From Candidatus Methanoperedenaceae archaeon (GTDB lineage: Archaea > Halobacteriota > Methanosarcinia > Methanosarcinales > Methanoperedenaceae), in NCBI GenBank assembly GCA_963753595.1, contig CAVWCX010000011.1, forward strand, positions 1 to 37,919: DNA of 37,919 bases, written 5' to 3'. Positions 36,303 to 37,919 of the stretch are shown here, one piece after another. Position 1 is the first letter of the stretch, and each line of letters opens with the position of its first letter. Both the position numbers and the translations under genes were made by a program. The notes beneath the pieces were generated by a model that was given only the letters and a program-made list of their open reading frames with translations, searched no databases and was not told the origin of the DNA.

Positions 36303-37832
36303 ATGCGAGGGATCGTCTTTTACACTATTGAATCGCTAAGGAACAAGAAAATAAGCATTTTTGACACTACGCTGCGTGACGGGGAACAGACCCCTGGCGT
36401 ATCGCTTACGTTTGATGAAAAACTTGTCATAGCCCGGCAGCTTGATAAACTCGGCGTTGATATTATTGAGGCGGGTTTTCCTATGTCATCAGATGGGGAA
36501 AAAGCATCAGTAAAGAAAATAGTGGATGCCGGATTGAACCTCAAGATATGCGGACTGGCAAGGGTCATAAAATCCGATATAGATACCTGCCTTGACTGTG
36601 GCGTAGACATGGTACATACTTTTGTTTCTACTTCCGATGTCCAGAGGATATCAACGATCAAGAAAAGCAGGGATGAAGTTTACAGTATGGCAATTGATGC
36701 AGTGGAATATATAAAAGACCATGGAGCAAAATGCATGTTCTCTGCCATGGATGCCACCCGTACAGATGTTGATTATCTGATAAATATTTATAAAGGCGTG
36801 GAGTCTGCCCATTGTGACATAATAAACGTTCCTGATACTGTGGGCGTGATAGTGCCATCTGCTATGTATAAATTGATCGATGAGATCGCGAAGAACGTCA
36901 AAATCCCTATCGATGTACACTGCCATAATGATTTCGGGCTTGCAGTTGCAAACAGCCTTGCTGCTGTGGAAGCAGGAGCAAGCCAGGTACAGGTTACCAT
37001 AAACGGGCTTGGTGAGAGGGCAGGAAATGCAGACCTTGCTGAGACCGTCATGGGATTGCATTCATTGTATGGTGCAAAGACCAATATCAAAACCCAGTAT
37101 ATCGTGGAAACATCACACCTTGTGGAAAGACTGACCGAGGTGAGGATGCCTCCGACTATGCCTATTGTCGGGGATAATGCTTTTGCCCATGAATCGGGCA
37201 TACATACGCATGGTGTTCTCGTACGGACAGATACTTTTGAGCCAGGGGTCATGACACCGGAAATGGTGGGGCACAGAAGGCGCATCGTACTCGGGAAGCA
37301 TGCAGGAAAACATGCCGTAAAACAATCGCTTGAATTTGCCGGCCTCTCTCCCAATGATGAGCAGCTAAATGAGGTAATGAAGCGGATAAAGGATATAGGG
37401 GACAAGGGCAAACGCGTTACGGATGCCGATCTTTATTCAATTACAGAATCCATAATGGGTAATGTGTCAAAGGCCGAACAGGCTATCATCCTGAAAGAAG
37501 TATCAGTCATGACAGGTAATATTATTACTCCGACAGCGACTGTAAAAGCTATCGTGAACGGCCAGGAGCGTCTTGGCGCTCATATCGGTGTCGGGCCTGT
37601 TGATGCGGCGCTAAATACAGTAACAAGCATCCTTGGTGAGTATAAATTCAAATTGCGCGATTTCAGGATAGAAGCCATTTCAGGAGGATCTGACGCACTT
37701 GCAGAAGTTCTCATCGGGGTTGAGGATGAGAAAGGCAGGATAGTTTCAGCACGCTCGACCAATGAGGATATTGTAATGGCATCTGTTGAAGCATTGGTGG
37801 CTGCAATTAACCAGTTGATGAAAAAGAGATGA
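36303..37832 (+). CDS. leuA: 2-isopropylmalate synthase (LeuA; CimA paralogue not fully excluded)
   Basis: DTTLRDGEQTPG, IEAGFP, INVPDTVG, HCHNDFGLA, GERAGN, FAHESGIH and GVGPVDA motifs; C-terminal regulatory domain present. Confidence 0.85.
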   Translation: MRGIVFYTIESLRNKKISIFDTTLRDGEQTPGVSLTFDEKLVIARQLDKLGVDIIEAGFPMSSDGEKASVKKIVDAGLNLKICGLARVIKSDIDTCLDCGVDMVHTFVSTSDVQRISTIKKSRDEVYSMAIDAVEYIKDHGAKCMFSAMDATRTDVDYLINIYKGVESAHCDIINVPDTVGVIVPSAMYKLIDEIAKNVKIPIDVHCHNDFGLAVANSLAAVEAGASQVQVTINGLGERAGNADLAETVMGLHSLYGAKTNIKTQYIVETSHLVERLTEVRMPPTMPIVGDNAFAHESGIHTHGVLVRTDTFEPGVMTPEMVGHRRRIVLGKHAGKHAVKQSLEFAGLSPNDEQLNEVMKRIKDIGDKGKRVTDADLYSITESIMGNVSKAEQAIILKEVSVMTGNIITPTATVKAIVNGQERLGAHIGVGPVDAALNTVTSILGEYKFKLRDFRIEAISGGSDALAEVLIGVEDEKGRIVSARSTNEDIVMASVEALVAAINQLMKKR

Positions 37833-37869
37833 GTCCCTGATCCGGAGTTGAACCAGGGGTATTGTTAAT

Positions 37870-37919
37870 ATGAAAGATACAAAGTTAGTGCTGATTACCT
37901 ATTCTTTTTTGTTTTTGTT
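37870..37919 (+). CDS. Start of a probable secreted or membrane protein (truncated by the window)
   Basis: MKDTKLVLITYSFLFL..., preceded by AGGGGT. Confidence 0.35.
   Translation, partial: MKDTKLVLITYSFLFL

Overview
Archaeal (Methanosarcinales-like, most resembling Methanoperedenaceae; inferred from AglB, CofE, PGF-CTERM, CxxC-x17-CxxC proteins and the Methanosarcina-type LeuA) chromosomal window dominated by a ~29 kb minus-strand protein N-glycosylation locus (gmd at 32.2 kb to aglB at 3.2 kb). The locus has a flippase, GDP-fucose genes, a probable GDP-linked C-methyl branched sugar module, five intact methyltransferases plus one relic, several glycosyltransferases, and a non-canonical pseudaminic-acid-like pathway. 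That pathway has PseB-like, PseC, PseI and an SpsF-type cytidylyltransferase, but no recognisable PseG or PseH; a formyltransferase, a TIM-barrel protein, an aldo-keto reductase, a class III aminotransferase and a KpsS-like transferase sit in the block instead. The left flank holds engB (partial), a PGF-CTERM surface protein, a near-perfect 232-bp triple tandem array of a small Arg/Gly-rich zinc-ribbon gene, and a structured element resembling an IS200/IS605 right end. The right flank holds cofE, an HD phosphohydrolase, a decaying defence islet (orphan MNT, Type III Mod relic, VapBC, SEC-C protein, Lys-rich micro-ORF) and leuA. All calls come from motif recognition by eye; no database searches were run.
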